64,000 bases of DNA from Anthoceros angustus. Taxonomy: Eukaryota > Plantae > Anthocerotophyta. Below the pieces are notes generated by a model that did not search any database, was not told the DNA's origin, and was given only the letters and a program-made list of their open reading frames with translations. Below, one piece after another: positions 35,801 to 47,428 of this stretch. Position 1 is the first letter of the stretch. Every line of letters starts with the position of its first letter. The translations under genes were made by a program, and so were the position numbers. The stretch spans positions 496,001 through 560,000 of the forward strand of contig MU008153.1 of the NCBI GenBank assembly GCA_010909165.1, given 5' to 3'.

Positions 35801-36084
35801 GTGTATGCCTCAATTGTGTTGTTCATGACTTAGTCGGGGGCCAAGAATGGTCCATTGTCGAGAGGCGTGATGGCTTTGCGTGATTTAGATACCGAGTGAT
35901 TTTCGTCAAAGGGGTTCTGCAACACCGGAAGGGGGTTCGTATATAAACCTCCTTACAGAATTACCATGTTTCAAATTTATTTATCTCCACCCAAGAGGAT
36001 GTAAATAAAGTTGTTGTTGTAGCTCAGTCGGTACCCTATTTAATGACGCCCTGTCTCATGGTTTCCTCGCTACCTGGTGTGAGA

Positions 36085-36360
36085 ATGATATCCACTTTAT
36101 TCTTAAAGCAGGTGATCCTCACCTCCCTTCTAACTACAGGTTTATTATTCTGGAGTCTATTTATGTTAAGGTTTTCAGCTCTTGGCTTGGATATTCTCAC
36201 TACTTCTTGGGCTAAGAAGGCTAAGGTTTGGGCCCGTGGTCAAATTGGTTTTCACCCTAGCCGGAATACTTTGGACAATATTTTTTCCCTTCGGGCTATT
36301 ATTGATGAGGCTCGACATAGGAAGAATCATGTCTACTGCTGCTTTATGGACTTTAAGCGC
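36085..36360 (+). mobile_element. LINE RT N-terminal fragment, unit 2
   Basis: ORF 36043..36408 includes ARGQIGFHPSRNTLDNIFSLRAIIDEARHRKNHVYCCFMDFK, matching the Q.GF..R.T.D.IF...F.DF.KA pattern of LINE RT. Confidence 0.82.
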
Positions 36361-36361
36361 A

Positions 36362-36906
36362 TGTCATGCCGTGTGATACTAATCTCTGCACTTGGGTTTA
36401 GTGTTTGATTAGCATTAATTAATTTAATTACTTACTTACTTATAAGTCGGAGTCATAGCTTTGGCCTCCTCACAACACCCTTGCATTGCATATCTAGAGG
36501 ACAAGTTATGATATGAGCTTGTCCTCTGTGAAAGGGTCTATATATACTAACCCTTGGCATCAGCATATTCCTAAGATATCCTATCGGCATCAGCATATGC
36601 CGGAAATATCCTAAGAATACACTATAATATGCAAGGAATATGCTAAAGCATATTACTTGAACTTATCCACTTAGCTATTATATCCTAAGAATACACTATA
36701 TATGCAAGGAATATGCTAAAGCATATTACTTGAGCTTATTCACTTAGCTATTGCTAACTATGTTTAATTAACACTAATCAACGCTTAATTAACATAAGTG
36801 CTTTAGATTAATTAATATTAAATACTTACTTATAGATCAGTAATTAGATTAATTAATGCTAATCAAATACTAAACCCAAGTGCAAAGATTAGTGTCACAT
36901 GGCATG
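36362..36906. mobile_element. AT-rich MITE-like element, unit 2
   Basis: Left CATGCCGTGTGATACTAATCTCTGCACTTGGG versus right CCCAAGTGCAAAGATTAGTGTCACATGGCATG. Confidence 0.7.
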
Positions 36907-37364
36907 GCGGGAATGCATACAGGTAAACACTTCATATAAGCCTTCCTCAACAAACAACCAAGCAAAACAAATTTAATACGCAAATATAGGTGCAAACCAA
37001 TTCCCCCCTGATAATGTGAGACTCCTAATCAAAACATTATCATTAGTAGGACTTCTGCGTACACACCTCATGTAGCGCATTGTGCAAAAAGCAATCTTCT
37101 TAGAATGTCGTCCGGAGGTTATGAACATTGTCCATGAGTGGAAGGTTGTCTTGATCCTCATGCGCATGGGCAACATGTCATTTGGACTACTCTCCCCGGC
37201 CGGTTGCTCATTTTTTCTTCTTGCCTTCTTGAGCACATGCCTCTTACGTGATGGTTCATCCATGAGTGATTATATGGAACTTCTCCTTTGTGCGTGTGAA
37301 AGCAAACACATGTTGTGATGCCTCGAACAACTCCTTTAGGCGGCGCTGATTGCTCTTCAACTCA

Positions 37365-38810
37365 TGTTGTTACCATAATGATACGTAGGAGCGGAGAAAT
37401 AATAGGATTAGAACGGTTGTGAGGCGACATAAGTAGTTTGTATAGTTACAAATAAACTGAACGATACTTAAGGCAGTTTAATTGCTAATCAAACTTGTAT
37501 ATAAGGAGTTCACGACACGAATAAAAACGCCTTTTTTCTCGAGCTACTTGCTTCTATATGGTATCTGAGCCTCGTTGTTCCCTGCCGTACGGCTTCGCTT
37601 CAGCACCTCAGGCTTGGGTTGTAGCAGCCAGGCTTCATGGCACGAAGCACATCATACGGCAACCCGGACATCCGACCCTGAACCAGCAAGATGCCGCGAA
37701 GACGCGCGCCAGCCTCCTGCGCACCGCAGGCGCCACCACCACGCCTCGCAAACAAACCCTGCAGTGATTGCGCAAAGCACTTCAGATCCGCTGAATTCAC
37801 CTCTCACATCAGACCCAAAACATGCACGCTGCCACCGCACTCGCCTGAACCCGTACAGAGACGTCAGTTTGAGCTCTTCCCCGTGGATCACCTTCGAGTC
37901 CAGATAATTCGGCTCGAGTCCCAGATGGAGATCATAACCGCCATGATGCGCGACCTGAGCACAAGTCGCCGTCAGTGATCTAATCCGCACACCGCACATG
38001 CTTGCTTTCGATCCCTTGCGAAACACAATCCCAGGCGATAACCATGGCAACCAATCTAGTAGTTAGCACCGATCGTTAACACACGAAGGTAGAGTTCGAG
38101 GGGACAGAGCGAGGTTCACCCAGCGACTACAATACAGCGATGCGAATTCGCAAGTGGAGGAGCACGATCTCATGGGGATCGTCAAAGGTATAGTCACCCA
38201 ACCCACAACTGCAGGAGGCGCCACAGCCAACCAGATTGCGGCCTGGGTAAAGAAAGACAAAAGAGCAATCAGCATCTTGTTCTCAGCACTAGACAAAAAA
38301 ATGCTCCAGCACACTCAAGGTCAGAAAACTGCCCACGAGATCTGGAAAGTGTTCAAAGACATGTTCGCAGCACAAAGCTCCATGTCAATTGTAAATGCCA
38401 CACGGCAATTCTATCTGCTGAGAATGAAAGAAAGCGAAACAGTTGAGCAACACGTGCACAACTTCAGATCTGCAAAGAGCAAAACTTGCATCCAGCGGTA
38501 CCACACTAAGCGAGTACCAAGCGAATTGCCTTACTAAGGTCCTTCCACATCATATAGAACATTTGTGAGCTACATGAGTTCACCATGGGCTCAAAGTGCA
38601 GCTCAGCGGGATCGATACTGTATACACATTCGCGAAGTCCTCGGAGCACTCTTAGAAGAAGAAGTCACCAACAACAACTCATAGGCACAGGCTGGGCCCT
38701 ACGCCTCTTCACATCAAGAGGCCGTGGAGCTCGAAGAGGAGGCTTCCGAAACAACTCCTCAAGTTGCAAGCCACCTGGGCAAGCAACACAAGGCAACTTC
38801 AATTTATGAT
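37365..38810 (+). mobile_element. Truncated Ty1/copia (LTR, PBS, gag), unit 2
   Basis: PBS TGGTATCTGAGC at 37559-37570. ORF 38154..38537 (DLMGIVKG...AWVKKDKRAISILFSALDKKMLQHTQGQKTAHEIWKVFKDMF...FYLLRMKESETVEQHV) is a typical copia gag. Confidence 0.87.
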
Positions 38811-39135
38811 GGTCAAGAGGTGGTGATGGGTCCCTCCTATGCTGACCTAGGTGTTACGATTTTTGGTCCGAAGTTCAATTGGACTTTTTTCTGCCTCTTC
38901 CCACGCCACCAAGAGGATGGGTGCTGCTAGTGCTTTGTGCTGGGCTCTATACAGGATGAATATTCATGATATCAACCTCCGGAAGCATCTTTTCAACACA
39001 CTGGTCACACCCTCCACTATTTATGGTGCTGAGGTTTGGGGCCCGGGTCTTTTCTCTTCTTCTTGGGCTAAGGTGGAAAAAGTACAAAGCTCCTTTCTCC
39101 GTGCTCACATTGCCTGTAAGCGTTCAACCCCTTAC
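38805..39135 (+). mobile_element. LINE RT C-terminal fragment, unit 2
   Basis: ORFs 38724..38930 and 38851..39282. Confidence 0.8.
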
Positions 39136-42100
39136 TGTAAACGATCTGGACTTGGAAACCCCTGTTGGGATGTGCACAGAGTGTTTTTGTTTTTGGTCGA
39201 GTGTGGTGTGAAAATAAGTCGGGTTGTGATGGCAAAGGTATTTATAGAAGAAATGTCCTTGGCCTATGGTTTTTCTTGTTGATTTTTAGGTTAGAAAATA
39301 AATGGTCCGGAATTTGGTGTTCCTTGGCCCATGGACTTGGAATGTTCCACCAAAAGTCTATATATGTGAGGTAGGGGGTTGGAATAATTAGAGTGTGATA
39401 GGCCTATAAGTTTGGGGTCGACCGACGGGGCGATAGCTGAATGAGTGTGGGGTTGTGGATTGGGATGTGGGAAGCGAGAGGTCGGAGTAGGGGAACCCGG
39501 GAAACTTAACCCTAGGAAATAATCCGCTCAAACAACGGAGCGCAACGGGCCGGAGCGGAGCCGGAGCGCAACGACGGCCGGAGCGCGACGTCGAGCGCGC
39601 GGGCGCACACGATCTGAGGAGGAGGCGCGAGCACACGAAGGAAGGAGCTCCGAACCCCGCGATATCAATCGCGACGGAGAGGAGGAAGGCGCTGACGCGG
39701 CCCTGCCGAGGAGGTAGGAACCGAGACCGACCCCAGTGAAATTCGCAGAGGTGGCGTTGGTTTGAGGCGAGGCCGTGAGACCGTGAGAGGATGGCGCCAA
39801 GGTCAACGAAATTGTGCCCAATGGCCAAAACATGGATCATTGGAAAGTTCTGAACCGTGAAGGAGTCAAGCCGGGTTTCATGGAAGAGCGGTGGAATTAC
39901 ATGAACTTGGGAGTGCGAGTGTCGCGCCGAAGGACAAAGTAGGCGGGGAATTAAAGCAGGATTGGGACTGGAATTGGTTAGGAGGGTGTATGGCGCGGTA
40001 AGGAGGAGGCGGTTTGGTGATGGGCGTCCGGAGAAAGAACCTGGCGCGGCCTGGTTAAGCGGGCGTGGTCGGGAACCAATTTTGGTGGATTTGGCGGTTG
40101 ATGGAGTGCAGCGGATGGCTCCTATGTTTCTGCAGCACAAGAAGCAGGATTATTTGTCTGACCACTTGCTGCTGTTCCTCCATGAAGTGGTCAAGGGGGC
40201 GAAAATCGATTGGGGACGAATTCTCTTCGACAAGTTGTGTGAAGAGAGGTTGAACCTGATTTCTCCTACCCCTCGACCCTCTCTAATTTCACCATTTCTG
40301 GTCCATCTTTATGTGCATGCTAACTGCCTGCCAGAGGTGGAAATTGTGGCCTCCCTTCACATGTGGAAGCCAGTTAGGGAGGTGAAATGGAAGGCGGAGG
40401 AGCCCAAGGAGGAAATCGAGGAAAAATCGGATAGCTGGGAGTCGGTGGCGGCAGTTCTGAGGAAGAGAAGGAAATTTCTACCAGCAAAGAGGAAGACCGG
40501 GGTGAAGGCGGCCTCGGAAAAGGTGAAGGCGGGCCGCGTCACCGGTCAGCAGGCGCGCGCTCTGAAAATGAAGGCCAAGCGGCGGATTGAGGTGGCGTAA
40601 GAGGAGGCGCGATCCGAGGACAATTTCTTGACACGGATGCGGATGATGAATCAACCCGGAGGGATTAGGGGTGACCTCGAGCGGACCCCTCCTCAGCATG
40701 GGAAGAGATTTTCAAGGGGACTCCAGCAGCAGGTGGATGCAGCCGAATTGGTGAGGGTGCGCACCTTGCTGGGAAGGAAAGTGCTCGACAGGGGGATGGC
40801 GTCTGGCGGGGCCGCCACAAGTGGATTTGCGGGGTGACCACATCGATGATCCGGGCCCAAGCGGTTGTTGGATCAAGCGGCTTTAGCTCTCACGGCTCGG
40901 TGTGCAAGGCGGCGGGAAGTGGTGAAGGCCGGGTTTGTGAAGAGGAGGCCAAGCGCAAGCAAGCTGGAGGAAGACAAGCGGGTCCTAGAGGAAATAAGGG
41001 CCAAGATTCGAAGATTTGTGCGGGGCCGGGAGAAGTTGCAAGCCATGGCAGGCAGGAGAGCTCATGGCTCAAATTAAGGATGCCCACGAGACGAACCAGA
41101 GATGCAGGGGAGTTGTTGCGAGCCGGAGAGGCGGCCTCGGTGGAAAAGGCCCATAAGGTGGCGGAGGCGGTATAAGCGGGAGGATGAGGCACGTGGCGGG
41201 CGAGAAAAGACAAAGGGAAGGGGCGAGTGGCGGGACCACAGTAGTGGAAGGAACTACCGATCGGAAGGAAGCAAAGAACCGAGGTAGCCAAACACCTACG
41301 GGGTTCTTTGAGCAGTGACAGTCGAGTCCACTACCGCAGTAGTGGAAGCTACCGACATTGGCGCCAACTCGAGGCGGTCATGGGCGGCAGCAGGACGTGA
41401 CAACGGCACCCAAGGACATGGACCGAGCAACGGTGTAGCCTACGGGAGGAGGGTAAGCACCTCGGCTCATGAGAGGTCCCATTATGTTGCGGCACATGGA
41501 TGAGGAAACTTATGTTCCCGGTCTATATGTGAATGGAGAACGCGGCTTAACCTCACCGCCCATGTGCGTGTGGAAATAGGAGGGACTGTGGCCTACCACT
41601 GCAAGTGAGGACCAAGTGCATACTTCTACCACCGCGCCTGGGGTTGGCCCCTATTATGCGAGGCGACTTTGGAGGAGTTGAGTGAGGAGGAGGTCCAGCT
41701 TGGGTGGACGAGGAACCGAATAATCCTCAAAGAATAGGCGGCCGGAAGATGCGGAAGCCTGTGGCGCAGTACACCTCAAATGACGCAGCGATGTGAGGTG
41801 GAAGTAGTGGGAGAACCCGTCCGACCAGCGGCGCGTGGCAGGAGAGCCTGTGGCGGCAATGGAGGACGAGCTGCACGGCCGAGGTAGGGCGCAGATAGCG
41901 AGGGCGAGGTGGTAGCAACCTAAAGATAATTTGGTTAGGTGTCAGATCGACCTAGGATCGCCGAATTGTGGGCGCGCCCTTCTGATAGCCATCTTAGGAC
42001 CTAAAATGGGCATGCCCCACCCGATGTATAAGAGGGGCGACTTAGTCCCTCAGATAACTCCCCGGTTGAGATCCCCACGCCTGTGGCTGGTTGGAGACGT

Positions 42101-42982
42101 CCGATTGATGAGGTGGTGCGCGACGCCCTAGGGGTGGTCGAGAGCTTGCAACCGGGAGGAGGGTGATGAGCAATTTTGCCGACAAGGAGGAGGAAACCAA
42201 GGGATTGGCGGGGCGGTCCGGAGCTTGCTCAACGCCTGCCGGACGCCCGGGTTCTTCTTTCCTTCACCCTTGTCCCGCTAGTTGTGTTCAAATCGAGAGT
42301 GTTGAGTGGATGGTTGGAAGCCGGGCGAATTGAGGGAGAGAGAGAGGAGAAGAGATCGGGTGAAGGAGATCAATCCGATGCGCGAGGTGTGAGATCGAGA
42401 AAGAGAAGGAGAGCGAGTTGGGACGTTAAGGAGATTGTGTGTGTGGAAACCAACCGGTGCTTGCAGGAAAGTGCACAAGGAAACAACGCTGTGGAATTGT
42501 GGTGTGGCGCCTTTGTGTGTGTGTGTGTGTGGAGCGATGTGAGGTATCCTAGGAACTTTGGTCCCTAGGAATCGGAGTGCGTGCATGAAGTGTGGAGTGC
42601 AATAACACGATCTGTGAGCGCGGACGCCTGCGTGAGGGATCCGCGGGCGCCGCGCCGAGATAAGTTGCTAGGGTTTGGTGGGACCCACCTAGTGGTTGTA
42701 GCAACTACCCAGAGTAGTGAGAGTCACCGTAGTGGCTAACGGGTCGTGGAATGAGATTTGTCGGGAAGTTAGATCCGTAGTTGGACAAGAGGAGGTAGTG
42801 GTTGAGTAGATAGGTGCGAGAAGTGGTAGCGTCCACCTAGGCTTAGGCAAAAGTTGGTAGTGATAGAAGATAGCGTCTTTTGGCACAAACCATTCCCTTG
42901 GGAGCGAATCCCAGGACTACAACGACATTGAGGGTAAATGTGGACCTCACCGTGTCCCACGACACGGGTTTACACAGCCACA
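39136..42982. mobile_element. ~3.85 kb TG..CA insertion, unit 2
   Basis: CTTAC|TGTAAAC...CAGCCACA|TTTAC. Confidence 0.72.
39790..41900 (+). CDS. Retrotransposon-accessory-type ORF inside the TG..CA insertion (frameshifted; unit-1 copy ~14790-16860)
   Basis: ORF 39962..40600 (PILVDLAVDGVQRMAPMFLQHKKQDYLSDHLLLFLHEVVKGAKIDWGRILFDKLCEERL) is followed by a charged coiled-coil-like region (EDKRNLEEIRAKIQ, EALMAQIKDAHETNQ). It resembles the extra ORFs of Gypsy (Athila/Tat) lineages; family not confirmed. Confidence 0.5.
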
Positions 42983-43890
42983 TTTACCTATCCTCCTTTC
43001 TGAATTTTCTGCCTTACCCCTTGAACTTGATGGCCTCTTTTGCCTCCCTTGTTTTCTTTACCGCCTCCTCCTCCTTGACATTGTTAACCCTTCCCCCCCT
43101 CCTCGGCCCCCTACCATCTTCTTGCCTACAGGTCTTTTTGCTTCCTTCGGCTCAGTGTTGATTCCCAAGCTTCTTTTTCTTGGCTCTCCCAAGCAGTTGC
43201 TTGGCTTAAGCAGCTTAAATTTGCACCCTTAGGCTCCGGTTTGGCCAACTCCCCATTCTCCCCTTCCCTTTCTCATCTCCCTCCCAACCACCTCATCCGT
43301 GGGACCTTAAATTAAGATATCTTCGTCTCACTTGGTTCCCCTTTCATTTGCCCCTCCCTAATGTCCAAACTCCGTTTCTACTAGGAGGAGTTTCGTGTCA
43401 ATCCCCTCTAGGTTCCCCGCCCTACCATGTTACCTCAATTCCCTCTCTCCTTCAAGCTCCGCACTCTTATCGGTTAATTCCGTGTTAGCTCCACTACCTC
43501 CGAATCGAGACCAACCAGATTGGCTTAAGTCCACACCACCCCAAGCCGTGTTGCAAGCTCGCTCCCTTGACCACAGATCTAAATCACACTTCCTCTTCTA
43601 TTGCCATGTCTATGCTCCTATTCGGGCTCGCTACACTCTTCTATTTAAGTGTGCTGGTTTTCCTTGCGTAGATTCTTCTCGTTTCATATTCTGAGCTCAA
43701 CGGCCTATGTCTCTCTGAGCTTTTTGATTTTGGACCTAGTTGGACTCTTTACAATTGTTTTGCCTCTTATAGCTTTCCTTCCTTTTTCCATCTTACACCG
43801 TCTTGTCTCTTTAGTTTAGATGTATATATTTTGTCTCTATATGTGTTCAATCGAGCATTTCCATCCTCGGTGGAATAAATAAAGTTGTTG
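42983..43890 (+). mobile_element. LINE 3' end, unit 2
   Basis: Copy of 17917-18795. Confidence 0.82.
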
Positions 43891-46382
43891 GCGTTGTTGG
43901 TAGGCGCAAAATCATCAACCCTACAGGCTAGGCCAAATGGACACACATTTATAAGAACACCGTGATTAAGCATTGAGCTTGGATCGGTACTTAGATGGGG
44001 TGCCTAAAGGAGTGGATGCCCTTGGTGCAAGTAGCTTAGGCACACCATGGTACAAAGTTATTAGTACCAAGTCCCATGATCGAAACCCGTCCTTAGTGGA
44101 CTTAAATAAAATTCTTCTTCTTCTTCTTCTCGTCGGGTTCAAGCTATCCAAGGCGTGCGGTGGATCTATGTATCAAGACATAATTTTTTCTTACATTCTG
44201 CATCCTTTGGGGTCAAGAGACACGAAGTTCCGTCACCGACATCCAGGCGTAATCGATCACACATCGTTTTAAGCCGCTTGGGTCAAGCTCGTCTCCTTGG
44301 ATGTGCAAATGGGGCATGGTGCCTCTCCTTTCGTGTCGAGCTACGGGATAAGCTTGAACTGGCGGGCGCTTGCACTGAAGCAAGCGACATGGTCTAATGT
44401 ATGTAAGTCATAATGTGCTTTGGTGCGACAAATGGTTGTAAACCATGAGTGTTAATGCAACGCAGTACACGAGGCGCTCACAAAAACCTATCTAAGGGCG
44501 TCGGCATCTTAATGCTTTATGGAGGAGTATAAGAACATATGGTGCTAGCATATTAGCGTTCATTTATATATATTATTTGCACGTAAAGTTTTGTTGTCTC
44601 CTAGAGTTGGTAAAGTGGTCAAAACTTGGATGAAGAGTGATAGGATGCCAATTCGAGATGCAAATTGTAGTTTTATACTAGATGAGTTTCTTTTAGGGTG
44701 TCGGCCTTTCAAGTAAAAGCCAAGGCGGGCCTTGAGACATGTTGGCGCCCACACACCAGTACTCCCAGGCCTTCTACCAGAAAACACATGAAGATTCCAT
44801 ATCTCGACAGCTAGTACCTACTACCTCATATAAAAAATTGCCTAAAATCGTAATTTAGTTATTGTGTAGTTTTTTGAAAGCGACTTCAATTCTACCGGAA
44901 GAAACTTTGTATATTCAGCCGCTTAAAATATTATCATGTTCTCACTTATAGTAAGCTTTGAGGCGATAAGCGAGATAAGATATTGCTTCACATTTCATTG
45001 GAGATCACATGCAATCTTGATGCATTCAGAACTTCTGTTTTAAATTTCCCTATGGCCAAGCAGCTTCGCATATACCTATCCTTATCAAATACCTAAAACT
45101 TTAAGAATACTTGGCCTAATAAAGATCTATGAAGTTTCACCAAACAAAAGCAGTACAAAAGGATGCATTATTTATTACTTCGTTTTCCTTCCTCCCCAAC
45201 AAGCTGATTTACCACTTAGTTTTTCGCATTTATTTACCGCCAATCAATTGTTGGCCCTCAGATCCGTTCTCTTTTTAATCTGTGTTCGGATTCCTCCAAA
45301 TCTAACCAACCAAGAAACTCTATTTATACTCTTAATATAAAACTTCCAATCCAAGAATTACTTTTCGTCAAACTTGGACTCACATTGGAGCAAAGGTTTT
45401 AATCGCATGTCTAATCAAATAAGCCGAGGAAAACAACATCTGCCTTCAATATTCCGCATGGCATGTGAAAAATCACACTGAAAGAGCATCATAGGTAGGT
45501 GGCCACAATGTCGCAATGAACCAAAGAGATAGCATGATGCGTTACAAGCTTCAGGAGCGCCAGCACGTTAGTTAGAGAGATACTGTTCGTTGCGGCCATT
45601 CTCAAAATCAGCTTCATAGCCTGCACAAAGTCGCCGAAGTTCTATGAGGAATCCTCCTTCGAGGCCAGATCCCATTGCCATTGTACCATCTCCATCGTGT
45701 CCAAGTGAACTAGGCAGCGGAATTGTTGGAGTGCTAGTTTCCTGAAATGGACAAAGACCTCCTTTAGGCCCTAGACCTGCATTTAGGCCCCATACTTGAA
45801 CCGAAATTCAGGGTTACCATAGCTTTAGCTGGTGGAGTTGCTTGTAAATAGTGTATCTTTCTGGTGATTCTCATGAACGCTCAAATGTCCTAATTGCAAT
45901 TTGAGTTCACGGTGAATTATGGTTGCTTGAGTGCATGGACTTTCTATTCCATGGCATAGCTCCTTCAACTAGCGATCTTGAATCGTGATCACTCCGCACA
46001 CCTTTTTTAATATGTACCTTTTGCCTTACGCATACATATCTCATTTTCTTAAAATGTACCTTCTTCCTTCATGCATACATATCTCATTTTCTTAAAATGT
46101 ACCTTTTGCCTTCCTGCATACATATCTCATTTTCTTAAAATCATGTTCTTAGCAAATTTGCTTTGTGTTCAACATCTTCCCATGGTTTTGTTTATACTTA
46201 TCTATGATTTATGCAATACTGCAAGCATTTTATTTTATAAATTATCGAAATTAAAAATAATACTCTATGTTTTTGGAAATTAAAACATCCAAGTCAGCGG
46301 ACGGAATTGTCTTTTCTACTATTGTCTGTTGTCCGTTGACCGAAGGAAAAATAGAGAGCTTGTCGTTACGAGGGAACGAGGA

Positions 46383-46452
46383 CGCCGCCAGGGGCTCGAA
46401 CCCCGACCACAAGGTTAAGAGCCTTGCGCTCTACCGACTGAGCTAGGGCGGC
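46383..46452 (-). tRNA. tRNA-Lys(CTT): tRNA-Lys(CTT), unit 2
   Basis: Same sequence as 21221-21290 with one substitution near the 3' end. Confidence 0.88.
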
Positions 46453-47325
46453 TCGCTTGACTGTCTTGAGAGACTTAAAGTATATATTCAACATGGTACG
46501 ATACCGTGGGGCTGTCCCACAATACGCGCTGCCAGGAGACGTTATTTTCATGTCCCTTGCGACTTCAATGCCAGCAGCACACACCAGTGGGCTGCTCAGT
46601 CTAATCCTCCATATCAAATGCCTACGTGCATAGTACGTAGCAGGTTGTTAGCTCAACACAAGAAACGCTTGTTTGCATCAAGAGACATTCCACATGCACA
46701 CTCATTTCAAGAGCACACCTAGCTGCTGCTGCTCGCACAACAGTCATTCATTATCACGGTTAGCGATAGGTACCAGAAAGCATCATGAGAGAGCAATGGG
46801 TAGTGCCCAACGCCTTGCATTCAGTGCAAAGCGGGACGTCCCGACCCGCGTCTGCTAAAATCTACCCTCGTAATATGTACATACATAGCTACTGACGTTC
46901 AATAGTTCGATAAACTTGAACTTGACGACCGCCCAAATCCGAGGTGGCTGGTCTCTCAACAAAATCCCGTCCCAGACGACTCGCAAAGTTCGTCCATGGA
47001 CTATAATATACTTCTTCTTCTTTTCTCTTTAATCTGCGAGGCCGCCATTGAGGCGTGTTGACAGTCACCCAGAAATCCTTTTTCTCAACAGCACTAGGTA
47101 CTCATGTATTAGGCAGTAGTACATCAGAATATGTACGAAGGCCCGGCTGTGTGGCCGATGCCGGGCTGGTTCCATTGCGGCGGGCCTGGATCACGAAGCG
47201 TGCGGGAAAGTAAAGGCCGAGCGTCATTACTTCCCGCCGCCGCCGGAACCCCCGTTTATAACTTCATAACGGGGGTGCTGACTGCTGAGTCCCCCCGAGT
47301 CTTGTGAAGCTGTGTGAGCGGAAGC

Positions 47326-47426
47326 ATTCTGGTTCCAGGCCCGAGCCATTCCGGTTTCAGACCACAGAAATTCTGGTTACAGCTCAGAGCCATTCTGGTT
47401 TCAGCGCAGAGCAATTCTGGTTTCAG
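47326..47426 (+). repeat. 5 x 22-bp tandem repeat just upstream of the SET-gene ATG
   Basis: ATTC(T/C)GGTT(T/A/C)CAG cores at 47326, 47348, 47370, 47392 and 47414. Unit 1 has 4 cores (21841, ~21874, 21896, 21918). Confidence 0.85.
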
Positions 47427-47428
47427 CC

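Larger units (their letters stand above)
27148..35971. mobile_element. Same TIR transposon, unit 2
   Basis: TIRs at 27148-27176 and 35941-35971, with the same internal genes. Confidence 0.85.
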